Positions 30,141 to 43,729 of a stretch of 64,000 bases of DNA are shown in pieces; the stretch's first letter is position 1, and every line of letters starts with the position of its first letter. Position numbers and translations under genes: made by a program. The stretch lies in the NCBI GenBank assembly GCA_051294375.1, contig CM119270.1, positions 8,049,063-8,113,062 on the forward strand, in the 5' to 3' direction. The notes under the pieces are model-generated. The model made no database searches, was not told where the DNA came from, and saw only the letters and a program-made list of their open reading frames with translations. This stretch comes from Paraspadella gotoi. Its lineage: Eukaryota; Animalia; Chaetognatha.

Positions 30141-31428
30141 TATTTTAAATTTGTATTTATACAAACATTTCTTTCTATCGTTCTTTCCTTCCCTCCTTAC
30201 TTTCATTTGTACAGTAAGTGTATTTTTTAGTTTAACATTTTATGTCTTGAAGTATAAGATCTATTGCATGTAAGAAAATATAAAATGTATTATAAAATCT
30301 GTACTTTCTTCCCTCGATTCCTTCATCATTCACTATTTTTTTCTCCTTTTTCTTTCTTTAATTTTTCTTTCTCCCTTATCTCTTCGTTCCCATCCTGTCA
30401 CGACCCAGCGCCTCTGTGTTTGATGTAGATCACCCGCTCACATTTTGTCCTTCTTTTAACATTTAAGGGCATTAAATATCAATCACTCTGTGTTTTGATA
30501 GAAACTGAAAAAAAAAAATCACGATTTCCCTCTGAAAACCGACGAACGACTTTTTTTTTTATACATTTTTTTAGTCTTTGCTTGCGGTGACTTGATAAGA
30601 TGCTTTTCGGTCAGTCGGTTATTTTAATAATATAATATAATAATATTATATTATAATCATTAGATTGTACATAAATATTCATTCTTCCATATGAATCGTT
30701 AAACTATTCTTCAATAACTTTCAACTCTTTCGAAGTCATTTTATTTTATTTTTTTTTACGCCTTTCAAATGAGTAACGATAAAAGGGGGAGAATAGTTTA
30801 ATTGCGTCATTCTTTCGATTTAGTATCAAATTAAAGTTTCACGATTCCCTAACGCTTTTCAAAACGTATTCTCTTCGAAATTGATTAATTAATAAATGGA
30901 TTTTAAAAATTTAATGCATAATATAATATAATATAATATAATATAATATAATATAATATAATATAATATAGTATTTACTTATGAACATCGCGAAATGGAA
31001 TGTTTTTCCGACCAAAAAAAAACTATTAACGAGGACGACGACCGACCGACCAGGCCCAACTTTTCAGCCACCTCATACTCTAAGCAAAAAGGTCAGAGGG
31101 ACTTTCAGGAAAACCGCCTCAAGGTTGACCTCGCAGTCGGAGATCCAAACCCATTTTGGAAACACGATGCTCTCAATTTCTCATTGGCAGCCGCCGACAG
31201 CTCAGACGCCTCGGGTTTCAAACTAAAGTAGGCAAAAGGTACAATAGCAATGTCAAGTCGAGTCAGGGATTCAATTTTTGGAACATTAATAAATTAATTT
31301 TTAAAAAAATGTTTGACAAGTATCGAGAAAAACAATTCACAGACATTTTTTTTAAATATGTACCATTGATTTCGCTCTGTCCAGCCTCTGTCCAACTTCT
31401 GAGGACACCAAAAGCTTATCAATAATAA

Positions 31429-31519
<91 letters not shown>

Positions 31520-31754
31520 CACAACCTCTCTGGACCTTTTTCGGCCCATTTATCATCTTACTGTTTTTACGAACAAAATATTTATTAACCATTCACGAGT
31601 CTAAAGGAACGCAGAAGTCATCGAGAAAGACGAGTAAAAAACTGTCAACGACGACGATAAAGAAGACGACCGTAAAAACAAACCGCGTTAACGACGACGA
31701 CGACGACGAGGACGACGAATGTTTTTCTTCGACCGGATCGATTGGCTGGACGAG

Positions 31755-31835
<81 letters not shown>

Positions 31836-31949
31836 TCTCTTCTCGTCGTCATCACTTCTTTTCTGTTCTCATTCACGTTTTCGGTTTTCGAGGACAAACG
31901 TCGAATGAAGGAAAGGAAAAAAAAATCTTTACTAAAAAGAGAGAAAGAG

Positions 31950-31980
<31 letters not shown>

Positions 31981-33985
31981 AAAAGAAAGAAAGAGAGAGA
32001 CATTCATTCGAATTTCCATAACAATAATCCACAACAAAAAAATACACAAACACCGAAAACTAAAAAAAAAGATACATTTTTTCTCAATTTTTATGTCGTT
32101 TTTTTCTTCTTCAGCGTTTTAAATATATTTCCTTTTTTTCTCTCCGTTTTGTTTTTTTCTCTCAAAACAGAAAAGAGGAAAAGAATTATCATTCCGCATT
32201 TTTCAGTTTTGTCGCGAAAACCAGTTTAGTGAGGATAAAAAAAAAACACGAAACTTTACTCTCTCTCCCTCTCTCTATCCTCGTTTTAAAATGTTTCGAT
32301 CTCCGGCCAGAAAACTCGCGTAGTTTTCCCACGAATTCGCGACGTCACTCAATCTAGACATTAATTAACGTTGACGTTCGTTATTAACGTCATTACTGTT
32401 CGATATTGTCGTTGTCAGTGTTTCGGTTTTTAGGGTTCTTGACTCATCGTTTAAGTTTACTTTTAAATTTCTTTTTTTTTTCCAATTTTTTTTCATTACG
32501 TTTTTTTCTCGACTTGGCTCATTTTCTCCCGAGTTAAAAAAAAAGAATGATTTGGTAAAATGTTTTTCGCTGATTTCAGGGTTTTGTTTTTCTTTTTCTT
32601 TTATTTTATTCGCTGTCTCGTCTTTTTTTTTTTATACATTCACCTTTTTTTCTTTTGCCAGTGATTTTAATCGCCAATATGTGATTATCTTGTTTTCAGT
32701 CAATTGTTTTAAACGAAGTAATTATCTTGATCGGTAATGTTTTTTCACTTTATTTACTTATTTTTTAGCTTTTTTTCTTGCGAATAATACCCTATTTTTA
32801 GAATTTTCCATTGAATGTTTTCCAGTCAATGTCAATTTTCATCGATCCGACCACGAAAGGTCAACGATTCGGATCGATGATTATTGGGTCACGTGACTTG
32901 GTTTATGATCCCCATACAACGACGGCAACTCACCATTTTCCCCGAAGCCTGAAGTCGATTCGACAAAATCGAACCAGATTTTGTTTCGCGCGATTCATTT
33001 TTATTTTTATTCTTCCCTCGTTTTTTTTCTTTTAACTTTTGAAATAAGTTTCTCCGCTTCATATTCCTCCAACTCTTTTCTTTTTTCCTTTTAATTTAAG
33101 GTGATTTTTTTTTCCGCGTCGATCATTTTCCTCCACCTCGACCCAGTCCTTTCTTTATAACCTTCGTTTCTTTAATTTCTCTTTTTTCGTTCACCCAATA
33201 AATCTTTGACCCAATATAATCCCCTTTTTTTTTCCCTCCACACATTCCCTTTTTTTTTATGAGAATAAGCCAATCTGGGAGAAATTATTCGCCGGAAGCT
33301 CCCGACTAGAATCGAACTTCGTTCTGTCTCCTTTTCTCTTTTTCTTTTTCCGATAAAAGGAAAAAGAAAAAGTTCCGCCTTCTTCATAAATATGCTAAAA
33401 AGAGTCCGACTTTTTACTCCTACGATTTTCCTTTAAAAAAACATTAATGCTTATCGCTTCGAGTTTTCTCCACTGCATAATTGTCTCCCAACGACTTAAC
33501 GCGGCCCGTGTAACTCTGTAATAGTCTGTATAAATATTAATTACGATAGCTAGATTCGCTCTCGGGCGGTAGGTGCGACTATGGAACCGAGGGCCTTTTT
33601 TTTTATTGGTAATTTCAAAAGGAGGTAACGTTTTGTTTTTAATTGTAAAAGTACTAAGACCAGTATTTTTTTTCTTTTCAAATTATTTTGCCAAAATAAT
33701 TCTCAAGACTCGTTTCTCCCTTTTTTGTTTATCAGACCGAGAAAGAAATCGCTACACTTCGCTGATTGAGCTAAAAAAAAAAGAAGAAGAAATAAGTGGA
33801 AAGGAAATCGATTTTGTTTTTCTTCTCTCGTTTCCAACCCAAAAATTATAAATATTAACAAACGCTACAAAAGCTAATATTACATTCGTATGAAAAAATT
33901 TATTGCGTCAGTTGAGCAGCGCCTATAGTAGCCTGGCTCCATCAACGCAACTCCAGCTAAGACTTTCGCTCCATCGTCGATCGCT

Positions 33986-34112
33986 ATGTCATCGACGTAT
34001 GCTCTCTCCGTCTCTGGACTCGGCAGCCCCCTTTCCTCGGGCTCATCCGTCTGCTCCTTTGAGAACCACACTCTCGATGTCGTCGTCCACTCGGATCCTC
34101 CTATGATGGCCG
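33986..34112 (+). CDS. SoxC: SoxC-group HMG-box transcription factor, predicted coding exon 1 (MSSTYALSVSGLGSPLSSGSSVCSFENHTLDVVVHSDPPMMA)
   Basis: ATG at 33986, 127 nt open, ending at a consensus donor G|GTGAGT (34113). The phase-1 join to acceptor tttcattcAG|34533 is in frame with the HMG ORF (D-H-Q-L-E-A-M). Not in the ORF track. Confidence 0.7.
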
Positions 34113-34532
34113 GTGAGTAACGCGCAGCTAAAATATTAAAATCAAGTAAAATGGCAGATCACGAACAGGCTCGTATCTGTGAACATTTGTAAATAAAAAT
34201 AATAATTTTATATTTGTCAATTTTCGCTTTAGCCCATATTTATACATAGAAAATGTCAAAATTTTAAAATGATTTTTTTTTTCTTAGACATTGTGTTTTA
34301 TCTCTCTTTTCGTTGCGTTTTTGAATTTAGGAAAAAACTAAAAACTGTTACAATTAACCTATAATTAATTATCTACCTATTAAACTAAACTTATTTTAAG
34401 CAAAAAGGAAAAAAAAATTTTAGAAACATTACAAAATTACGCTCTTTTGATTATCTAAATTCCAAAATGTTACAAAAACTTGTCGCTAACAGAAAGGTAC
34501 ACCATCGTGCATACATGTTATATTTCATTCAG

Positions 34533-35717
34533 ACCACCAACTCGAAGCCATGTCGGCTTCCACGACCGACTTCGGCTCCTTCAACGTCGACCCCACCTCC
34601 GCCACGCCATACACGGACGCCACCCAGTGCAAGAAGCCGGCCAACCACGTCAAGCGGCCCATGAACGCCTTCATGGTGTGGTCGCAGATCGAACGGCGCA
34701 AGATTGCCGAGACGACGCCGGACATGCACAACGCCGAGATATCGAAGCGATTGGGCGCTCGATGGAAGACGCTGTCGGACGAGGAGAGGCAGCCTTTTGT
34801 CGAGGAGGCCGAGAGGCTCAGGCTGCTGCACTCCAAAGAATATCCCGATTACAAATACAGACCGAGAAAAAAGAACAAATCTGGCGGAAACAACTCAAAC
34901 GCAGACGCCGCTCCAGCCGCAGCAGCAAAGGATCCGCTGCAGAAAACCTCCAAAGCCTCTTCAGCTTCCTCCAATTCCTCCAAGAAATCCAACAAGTCAA
35001 ACGTCCTCGCCAGTGTCGCTTCCGCCTTGCAATGCCAGGGAGCGACGGCCGTCATCAACGGAGTAGGCGGCAGAATCGGTGCCAGCAACAAAGTCGCAAG
35101 TCGCGTAAAAAACAATTTCAAGTCAGAATCCGTCGTCCACATCAAGAAGGAGACCGTGGAAGTCGACGGAGTGTTGGAGACTCTTAATAATGAACTCGCC
35201 CTCCACAACAACAACAACAACAACATCCTTGTCAACAACAACAGCATCCTCGCCAACAACGACGACATCAACGTCGACGATCGAATTATCGTCGACAAAG
35301 ATCACATCATCATCGACTCCAACGGACAATTCCGCCACGCCGACGAGGTCGACGCTTTCAACATCCTCAACACCATCAACAACAACAACAACAACTGCCG
35401 AAACGTCAGCGATTTGAACAACATAAAGACTTTCGAAGATCTTCAGACCCTCAACTTCTTCGTCGACGGAGCTCAGATCAAGACGGAGCCGAGCCTCGTC
35501 TTCTCTCCCTCCGCCTCTACCGTTTTCTCTTCCGGCTTCTCCGCCTCCGGCTCCTCCGCCTCCGGCTCCTCCGGCTCCTCCGGCGCCTCCAATGTTCCGT
35601 CGAGTCCGCACAGCAGCTACGACGAGGGTCTCCCGCCTTCGCCCAACTCCTCCGTCAACTCCCTCAACTTTGGGGAAGAGGCGAGGCACGACTCTGGAGT
35701 CTCCTCTCCCATCAAAG
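34533..35717 (+). CDS. SoxC: SoxC-group (Sox4/11/12, Drosophila Sox14-like) transcription factor, exon 2 with HMG box
   Basis: HMG box from 34646: [76 protein letters not shown], with SoxC-type [21 protein letters not shown]. It is preceded by the invertebrate SoxC motif TPYTDATQ. Donor AAG|GTGAAT at 35718. Confidence 0.96.
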
Positions 35718-35908
35718 GTGAATTTGTTGTTTGTTTTCTGTTTTTTTTTTTCGTATGTAATGTAATTTGTCTTTTGATAAGAATTAGAATAGAATTAAAA
35801 TATAACTATTCAATCGTCTGACTTTAAATAGTATCATCAAATGATAGCTTAATAATGTACATAGTAGAATATTAATAGAATAGCAACATGCTTTGTCTCT
35901 TCCTAAAG

Positions 35909-36675
35909 GCTCCTTCGCCATCCAAGATCCCAACTCTTTCGTCGACATCCCTCGTTTCGTGTCCTCGACGCCGCTAAAACCGACGTCGACGACGACGACG
36001 ACAACGACGCCGCTTTTATCGACTTTGAAGACTTTCGCTCTGGGCGTCGACGGCCGCTTGGTCCGTCTCGACGCCGCGCCGCAACCCGCGGTGCCAGCGC
36101 CGGCGCCGGTCCGCGGTTTTCAGTCCTTGGATTCGCTGGCCGGCGCCGCTGTTTCCGCGGCGCCGCGTCAGGCGAGGATCGTCTCTGCTCCTGGCGGCGT
36201 CTTGCTACGTTTGTCCACTCAGGAAAGGCCGTCGTCGGGCGTCGTAGGTCTGCAAAGCGGCGTCGACGTCAAATTTGTGACGCCGTCGGTCCCTCTAGCG
36301 GCGCCAGCGCCACCTCCAGTCAAGCTCGAGTCCGTAACGTTGGCGGACTTGGACAATTTGACCGATGTGCTACAGATGCCGAACGACTGCGGCGGCGGCG
36401 GCTTCGGCGCTAACAATGCCGCTTTTTACGGCGTAAACAACAACAGCATCAATAGCAGCAACAGCATCGCGGACCTCTTCTCCGGACTCGATTCCATCCC
36501 TTCCTCTAAGCCGCTGGACTGCCTCGACGCCGGCGGCTTCAGCGGCGGACTCGGCGGCGGACTCGGCGGTGACTTTGCCGAATCAGCTTCGCACTTCGAC
36601 TTTCCCGAAGTTTCCGAACTCATGAAGACGGAGTGGTTCGATTCCGCCTCATTCGAGCCCGTTCTGTCCATTTAA
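35909..36675 (+). CDS. SoxC: SoxC exon 3 with C-terminal transactivation domain
   Basis: Acceptor tttgtctcttcctaaAG|35909, phase 1 and in frame with exon 2. It ends SHFDFPEVSELMKTEWFDSASFEPVLSI*, resembling the SOX4/11 C-terminal TAD (SHFEFPDY..PEVSEMI..DWL). The spliced CDS is 127+1185+767=2079 nt (692 aa). Confidence 0.92.
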
Positions 36676-36684
36676 CGGTTGGAG

Positions 36685-36716
<32 letters not shown>

Positions 36717-37170
36717 TCTCTTCTCTCTCTCTCTCTCTCTTCTCTCTTTCTCTCTCTCTCTTCTCTTCTCTATTCCGTCCCTACCCTTCATCCCTCTTCT
36801 TTTTCTCCTCTTCTCTCGCTTTTGGCATTGATTTTTTTTAGTAATTCTAGTTCGCAGGAAAAAAAACGCAGAAAAAGAAAGCATTAGTTTTTTTGTACTC
36901 TTCGCTATTTCCAGTCATTAGTTCATAGTAGTTTGTGCATTACTTGGCCAGGAAGATACGCGTTGTTGTCTGCTTGGTCGATGTTGTCTACAAGCAGTTG
37001 TTGTTGTTATCTGTTCTCTGGTTTTTCTGAAGCTCGCGACTGGCTAAAATCCACTGCCCGGGCAAGCCCGATCTATTTTCGGAAGAGCGCGTCCGTGCGG
37101 ACCGTTTTTCGTAAAGAAATTTAGATGATTTATTAAAGGTTGCGTACAAAAAAAAAAAAAGCATATGACG

Positions 37171-37176
37171 AATAAA
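37171..37176 (+). other. Candidate poly(A) signal for SoxC
   Basis: First AATAAA I found after the stop (about 500 nt downstream), followed by T/GT-rich sequence. The motif is common in AT-rich DNA. Confidence 0.3.
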
Positions 37177-37550
37177 AAGATTTGTATTTATGTATATGGG
37201 CGCCGATCGCTCTCTAAATGAAACCTCGAATTGTTGATGTCTATTGGAAAACGCTTGTCACCCCTAACACTCCTAACACACCTCGCCCAAGTTGCTCGCA
37301 GATTTCGTAGTTATGATTAATATGATTAAGGTAGAATAATAGTTAAGAAATAGAGCTTATTTTTGTTGTAAAACATCGTCGGCGTTATTAAAAGATTCGA
37401 AAAGAATACTACATAATATTTTTTTATTAAGTAGTGAATTTAGTAAGATATATATTTTTTTTAAATTCCATTGTTTAATTTAGCAAGTTTAAATATTTTT
37501 TTTCTTAACATAAAAACGGAAATAGAATTTTTTTCGCTTTTTATGAAATA

Positions 37551-37675
<125 letters not shown>

Positions 37676-40600
37676 TATCTAACCATCCCAGACGATTTTC
37701 CTGAGAGAAGCCAAAAAAGGCGGTTTACGTCTCTCCAAACTTCATCGTTTATCTCGACGATACTTTGAACGAAAAAATTTTAGGGTGAAATTTATTTAAT
37801 TTTCCTACTATAGATTATAAAGTAATTATGTTTAGTTTGTTTGACCTATGCCGTCATAATACATTTTAAGTTAAAGAAAAAAAGTAATGATTTATTACTC
37901 GAGATATAATTACGAAGGATAATAATGATTTATTGAATTGGTTTTCTTTTCTGTCGAGATTTTCCCGCTTTCGTTGTGAAGGCGTGAAGTCTGAAACATG
38001 TGAACTCAGGTCGTCTTTCCTCTTCTGTGAAAGAATGAAAAAAAGATTTGTGAAAGAAAAAAAATCAAGTGCCTCTTTTAAATTTTAAATCTCATTTATA
38101 ATTCTTTATTAAAATTTTTGTTCTAGTTATCTTTATTTTTACTTTTTTTAGGCTCGTTGAATATGTTTAATATTTAAGTTGCAATACTATCTTTTTACAA
38201 GACAAACGTGCCTCATTTTTGTTATGTTGCATTTATTTTTTTGTATTTTTATTATCTTTTTATTCATTTGTTTGTTATTTTTATTTCGTTACAAAAATAC
38301 CCATGGCTAATTGACAAACCAAAAAAAAAAAAAAAAAAAATAGTATTCAAGGCGAAAGCAATATTCTTTGCTCGTAATTCTGCCCCGATTACGCGAGGCC
38401 ATCCCGGCTTCGGCTACGAACCACTTTTTCTAATTATCCCCTTAAATTTCGCTATGAATTTCCCATTAAGCCTCTCGCAATGTTTTTCCTCGTTTATCCC
38501 TGCGTCCCGACGCGGGGCGCCCTTTTTAACTTCACACTTAACAAAAATATTAACTCGATTAAGGTAAAATCGTCAACGAATCTACCTCACCTTCGCTGAA
38601 AAAAATATTAAAAAATTGCTTAAAATTTTTTTTGAGGTTTTTTCGAGGCTAAACCTTTATTAATAATACAAAATTCGTAGGTCGTCGATGTTTGATGAAT
38701 ATTGGAGAACGTATTTCTTGGTTTCTCATAACTCCAAGGGTTTATAAACTAATAAAGGCATGATAAACATTAAACAAATAAGGAATATCTGTAGTAAAAT
38801 CAAATACATATATATGTGTATATGTATTCACCGGGGTAAAGAATCATCCTTAACTCCTCCCGTTATTCTGTTTAACGAGAAAGTTTACAATATATTTTAA
38901 ACAATATATTAAACTTATCGAATCTTGGGCCGGTTTTCGCTGGCGCCGACGAAACTCAATGATCGTTTTCGAAAAGTCCGTACGAGCAACGCTTTTCATG
39001 CTATAAATATGTAAAATTTAAATGTTGGATTTGTTTGTGTTTATTTTACGTTATAAATGTTGATATACATTCGTACCTAACACGAACACATGAGCACACA
39101 CCCACACAGACGAAAAACGTTTCTCTAAAAAAATATATATATCTTATTTCTAAATTGTCGAACAAACAAACAGTCACTACATCACGGAATCAAATCTGTT
39201 CACGAACCATTAACTTACTGGTTTCTCTCCATCCTCACCGTCTCTCCATCTCTCGTCTCTCTCTCTCTACTCTCTCTCTGCTCGCTCATCCTCTTTCACC
39301 ATCTATCGCGTCTCTCTCGCATCTTCCTACTCTCCTCTCTCTCTCTCTCTCTCTCCCCTTGATTTTCCCTCAGTTCGATGTATTATTACTTATTGCTAAT
39401 GATTAATGAAATCACGAATCTTTCACAGCTAAAATCTTATATATTACTACGTATTTAATCAAAGAAGGAAGAACCATAAAATTAGTTTTAGTCCTTCGGT
39501 GTTAATTTTTTTACTTGGTACTTTTTTCGCATTTTAGATACGCAATGCAATTGCAAAACCCTCCCATTTTTTAAGAAGAAATCATTATTGCGTCATCATT
39601 GAGATTTGAGTCTAAAACGATGTTTTTTGATAAAATGTCGTACTTAAAGTAAGTTACAAAAAAAAAGAAGCTCTTTACCTTCCAATTGTCGCCAAATTCC
39701 TACTTAGCTCGCTTTGTTCTAATTAATATTTAGTTAAACTTCTTGAGCGTTTTGTCATTTATGAAGTAAAACTATACGCAGTCATTTTCTTAGCAATTCG
39801 TCGTCTTGAAATGACGATTCTAGTTTATTCATTGATTGGTTAATTAATTAATTAATTAAATTTCATCAACTAGTCTTTTTTATTTACTTTAGTCTATTTG
39901 CGCTTCATAATATATTATCCTTTGAAAAAATATTTTAATAGAAAATGGATGATTCTTTAATTTTCATTTTCATATTATTATTTCGCCACTGTCCATTATT
40001 TTGTTGATCGAAATAAAAGATTATCGACATTTTTTGACAAAAGAAGTGTTTTTTTATGACAGCCGTTGAGAGCGCATCAATAAATTCTAATAAATACTAA
40101 ATAGCTATTCTTTGAGTTTCAGTTAGTGAAATAAATCGTATGAAACTGGTACAACCAATATAAAAATTATCCATTCATTTAATAAATAAGCTGTCTTGCC
40201 CCTGACTTTAGGCAGGCTTTGGTGGTTTAAGGCCTCCATCACTCTTACAAGATAATGACAAGCAGGTCTCTGCAAGCTTTTAATCAAGACTCCTAGTCTC
40301 CTTTATTCACTCCCAGAGTACCTAGCTTCCCTATCAATGAATATAATATAATATGATAGTGAGGAAAAGAAACTTTTCGGCGTCACTCAAGTCAAGAGAA
40401 AGATCCAGAAAAAGAATTTAAAAAGAAAAAGAAAATAAAAAGAGAAAAAAATGACAGGTCGAGTCGAGGTGTAAAATATAAAGCTTGGAAAGGCGAAAGT
40501 GAAAAAAAATTTAAAAATAGAGAATTTGTTTTTCAAAGATGAGAGGTGATCGAACTTGCTTCACAGCGTGACTTCTCTCTTCTCGTAGAAATTTAAATGG

Positions 40601-41682
40601 AAATAAAAAATTTAAAATGTTATAAAAATAACTAAAAAACGTGTTATTCCTATTTACAAAATTACGTCACGCTTTTGTAGTACCATCTTGAGAAATGAAT
40701 ACTTTTGTAACTTTTCATTGAAGATCAAAAAAAATTTATACATATAAAAAATAAACTTGTTCTAATTTAGATGAGCCTATGTTGAACATAATATGATTAA
40801 GTGAGAAATAAAATAAAGGAGGTATATGAAAACATTCTGCTTCAAAATTAAATTTTCAATGTTAAAATAAATTTTTCGTATGAAAGTAAATATAATATTG
40901 CTTAATCAAATAATCAAATAATGCATAGATTTAAACCCCTATAGGTTATCTTAAGTATAAGTATAAAAATATATCACAATGTAATAAATGCTTTTTTTTT
41001 TAAATTATCATAAATATTGAGAAGGCCAGATTTTTCTTCACATCCATATTTTCATCTAAAACTCAAACTGATGTTTTTAATCGTATTTTACCGAATTGTA
41101 ATTTTGATAATTAAATAATTTTTTTAAAAGATAGTCAAAAGTTTTGGCGACATATTCATTTTCCAAGATGGTAGAATGTGAAACGAATATTTACTAAGTG
41201 GATCAAACTTTGCTTCATTAATTGATTAACTTAATAATCTAAAGAAACTCTTAACACCAGGCACTATTCGGCATACGAAACTCAACTAAGTCAAATTTGA
41301 TCCAAAGCTGAATTTCGTGATATGTTTATAAGGTTAGGAAATCGAGAATTAAATCTTCTCAAATCTCTGGGTTCAATCGCCGAAAAAAAACGAACAAATT
41401 CTCAGCTAAAAAATAAAAATATTCGGAGAATTTTTCCTTTCGATCGATAATAAACAGGAGAAAAGTCGGTCGCTTCCTTCCCTCACATCTTCCCATGTTT
41501 TCCGGAGAGTCGAACCAAATCCTTGTTTGATGCAAATTGATTATAATAAAATGATCGTAATAAAGAAAATAGTGAAGATAAATGAAAATAATGACGAAGA
41601 AGTTGTTCGATAGTAGAAAAAACCAGTTGGACAGCTGAGGTACATTAAATTATAAAATTCTCTCTCTCTCTTCTCTCTCTTA

Positions 41683-41730
<48 letters not shown>

Positions 41731-42532
41731 CTTCCTCTCTTGTTTCTCTCTCTCTCTCTCTCCTCTCTTAGTCACTACCATTTATTCCTTTCCTAACCCT
41801 ATAAGTAACCAGAACTCTTCAAACCCTTGCTCGTCGTTTCGTAACGTTTGATTCAAAAACGGCGATGAACTTTTCGCGTTGTCACGATCGTTGATCCGGT
41901 TTGAAAATTCCCGCCTTCGATCAAACCATAAATTCCGAGGGAAACAAAAGGGAAATGACTCGATTCCGATTTCAATCTTTTTCGACCGCAAATGCGGCGT
42001 CGCGACAAATTATATCGGAGGCTGAGATTAGAGGAAGAAAGAGATTGAAATGGAAAAAAAAAAAGATGAGAAAGAAGGTGAGGGAAGAAAATATAATTCA
42101 AAACAAAATCGCCGTTTTATTTCGAATTACCCGGGGGAAACTGGGTTCGCAAAGCGCCTGGTGTTTTAAGATTTAGGTTAATCGGTAAAGGAAAAGCGGA
42201 ATGATAAGTATTACGGGCGACGAGTTTTGGGAAACGACTCGTCGACACACCCTCTGACGATTTCGGAGATAAAAACCGATTTCAAAATCCACAATTTTTT
42301 TTTTTTTTTTTTTGCGAGAGAGAGAAAAAATTACTGAGTAAGTAATTATTTTCGAATTTTCCTTCAGGTTTAATTAACGGGTTGGTACGACGACAGAAAC
42401 GACTAAGGCTGACGAAAATAATGACGATAACGACGACGACGACAATGGTGTCGTCAATAACAACGACGGGGACGACTACATGAAAGGTGATTGCTCGTGG
42501 GTAAGGAATGGTAAGTTTCGGGTTCAATAAAA

Positions 42533-42641
<109 letters not shown>

Positions 42642-42948
42642 TTGTCTCGGAACGCGTATAAACTTTTCGGTCAAAACTCTCGGCTTACTAAACCATTGGA
42701 CATGGGGACTTTGATACATTGTGAAGTCGACTGTTGATTGTGTAGAGTTTAAACCATCCGAACTCAACTGACGAGTATCTACTGTCGACGTAACCATTAA
42801 CCAGCCAATTTCTCTTTAGCTTTGCTCGACACAAACATCTAAAGTTTAACATTATCAGTAACTTAATGTCACAGTTAACCGACAAAATTGGGAGCACCTC
42901 GATTCATTTAACACCAGGATTGTCCTCAAGGCCACACGAAGAAAATCG

Positions 42949-42986
<38 letters not shown>

Positions 42987-43119
42987 TTTGCCATTGACAT
43001 CCAAGCTTAAACATCGCCAAAGAAAGTTTAATTAAAACTTTACTATTTAGAAAAAAAAACTAGTCGTTATCTCCCATTTCCCAGGCCTGGTTGTCTCTCT
43101 CTCTATCTCACTCTCGCTC

Positions 43120-43185
<66 letters not shown>

Positions 43186-43660
43186 CCTTCTCACTCAACT
43201 TCTCTAAAAAGTGTCACTATTTCCAAATTAACAAGCCTCACACTTTTTTTTAATTTCTAGTTTAATATCTCCGTGAAAAGTTGGTCACTATTCTTGTGAA
43301 CTTTTAAGCCGACGAAACGAATCTTTTAATCTAATTTACATTTTCCGATCTATATGTAGATAATATATTTTTTTTTTGGTGTTAATGTTGAAATTTTCCC
43401 GGCTCAGGTGCACCAGCTACCGAAAAATTAGTGATAGTTCAACTGGAATTATGTGAGTTCTTGTGAAAGACAATGCAGACTTTCTTGTTCATAATTGTTG
43501 CACCAGCAAATACAATAACTGTCAACTTCTTTTAAATTGTTGTCAACTTTGCTAATTTGACTTCGCCCCTCAAAAAAATTTTACTTTACATGAGAATCTG
43601 TCGTTACAATTAAGTGGATGCGATCATAAAAAAAGGCGCCTTTTCTTTTTAACTCCTATC

Positions 43661-43729
<69 letters not shown>

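Noticed and set aside
34480-35689. Long alternative-frame and antisense ORFs overlapping SoxC (235 aa +, 149 and 188 aa -)
   Set aside because: These are expected shadows of a GC3-biased, repeat-rich coding exon, with no independent homology.
40185-40345. CpG-poor segment of distinct composition, possible TE or LTR remnant
   Set aside because: No terminal repeats, TSD or coding motif could be identified.
41520-41540. CTTGTTTG-ATGCAAAT resembling a Sox-Oct composite; paired ATTTGCAT at ~50295-50313
   Set aside because: Spacing and the Sox half-site do not match the canonical composite, and octamers are expected by chance in AT-rich DNA.
43395-43510. Repeated tgcaccagc resembling a MITE terminus
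   Set aside because: The two occurrences are in direct orientation and no matching inverted end was found.
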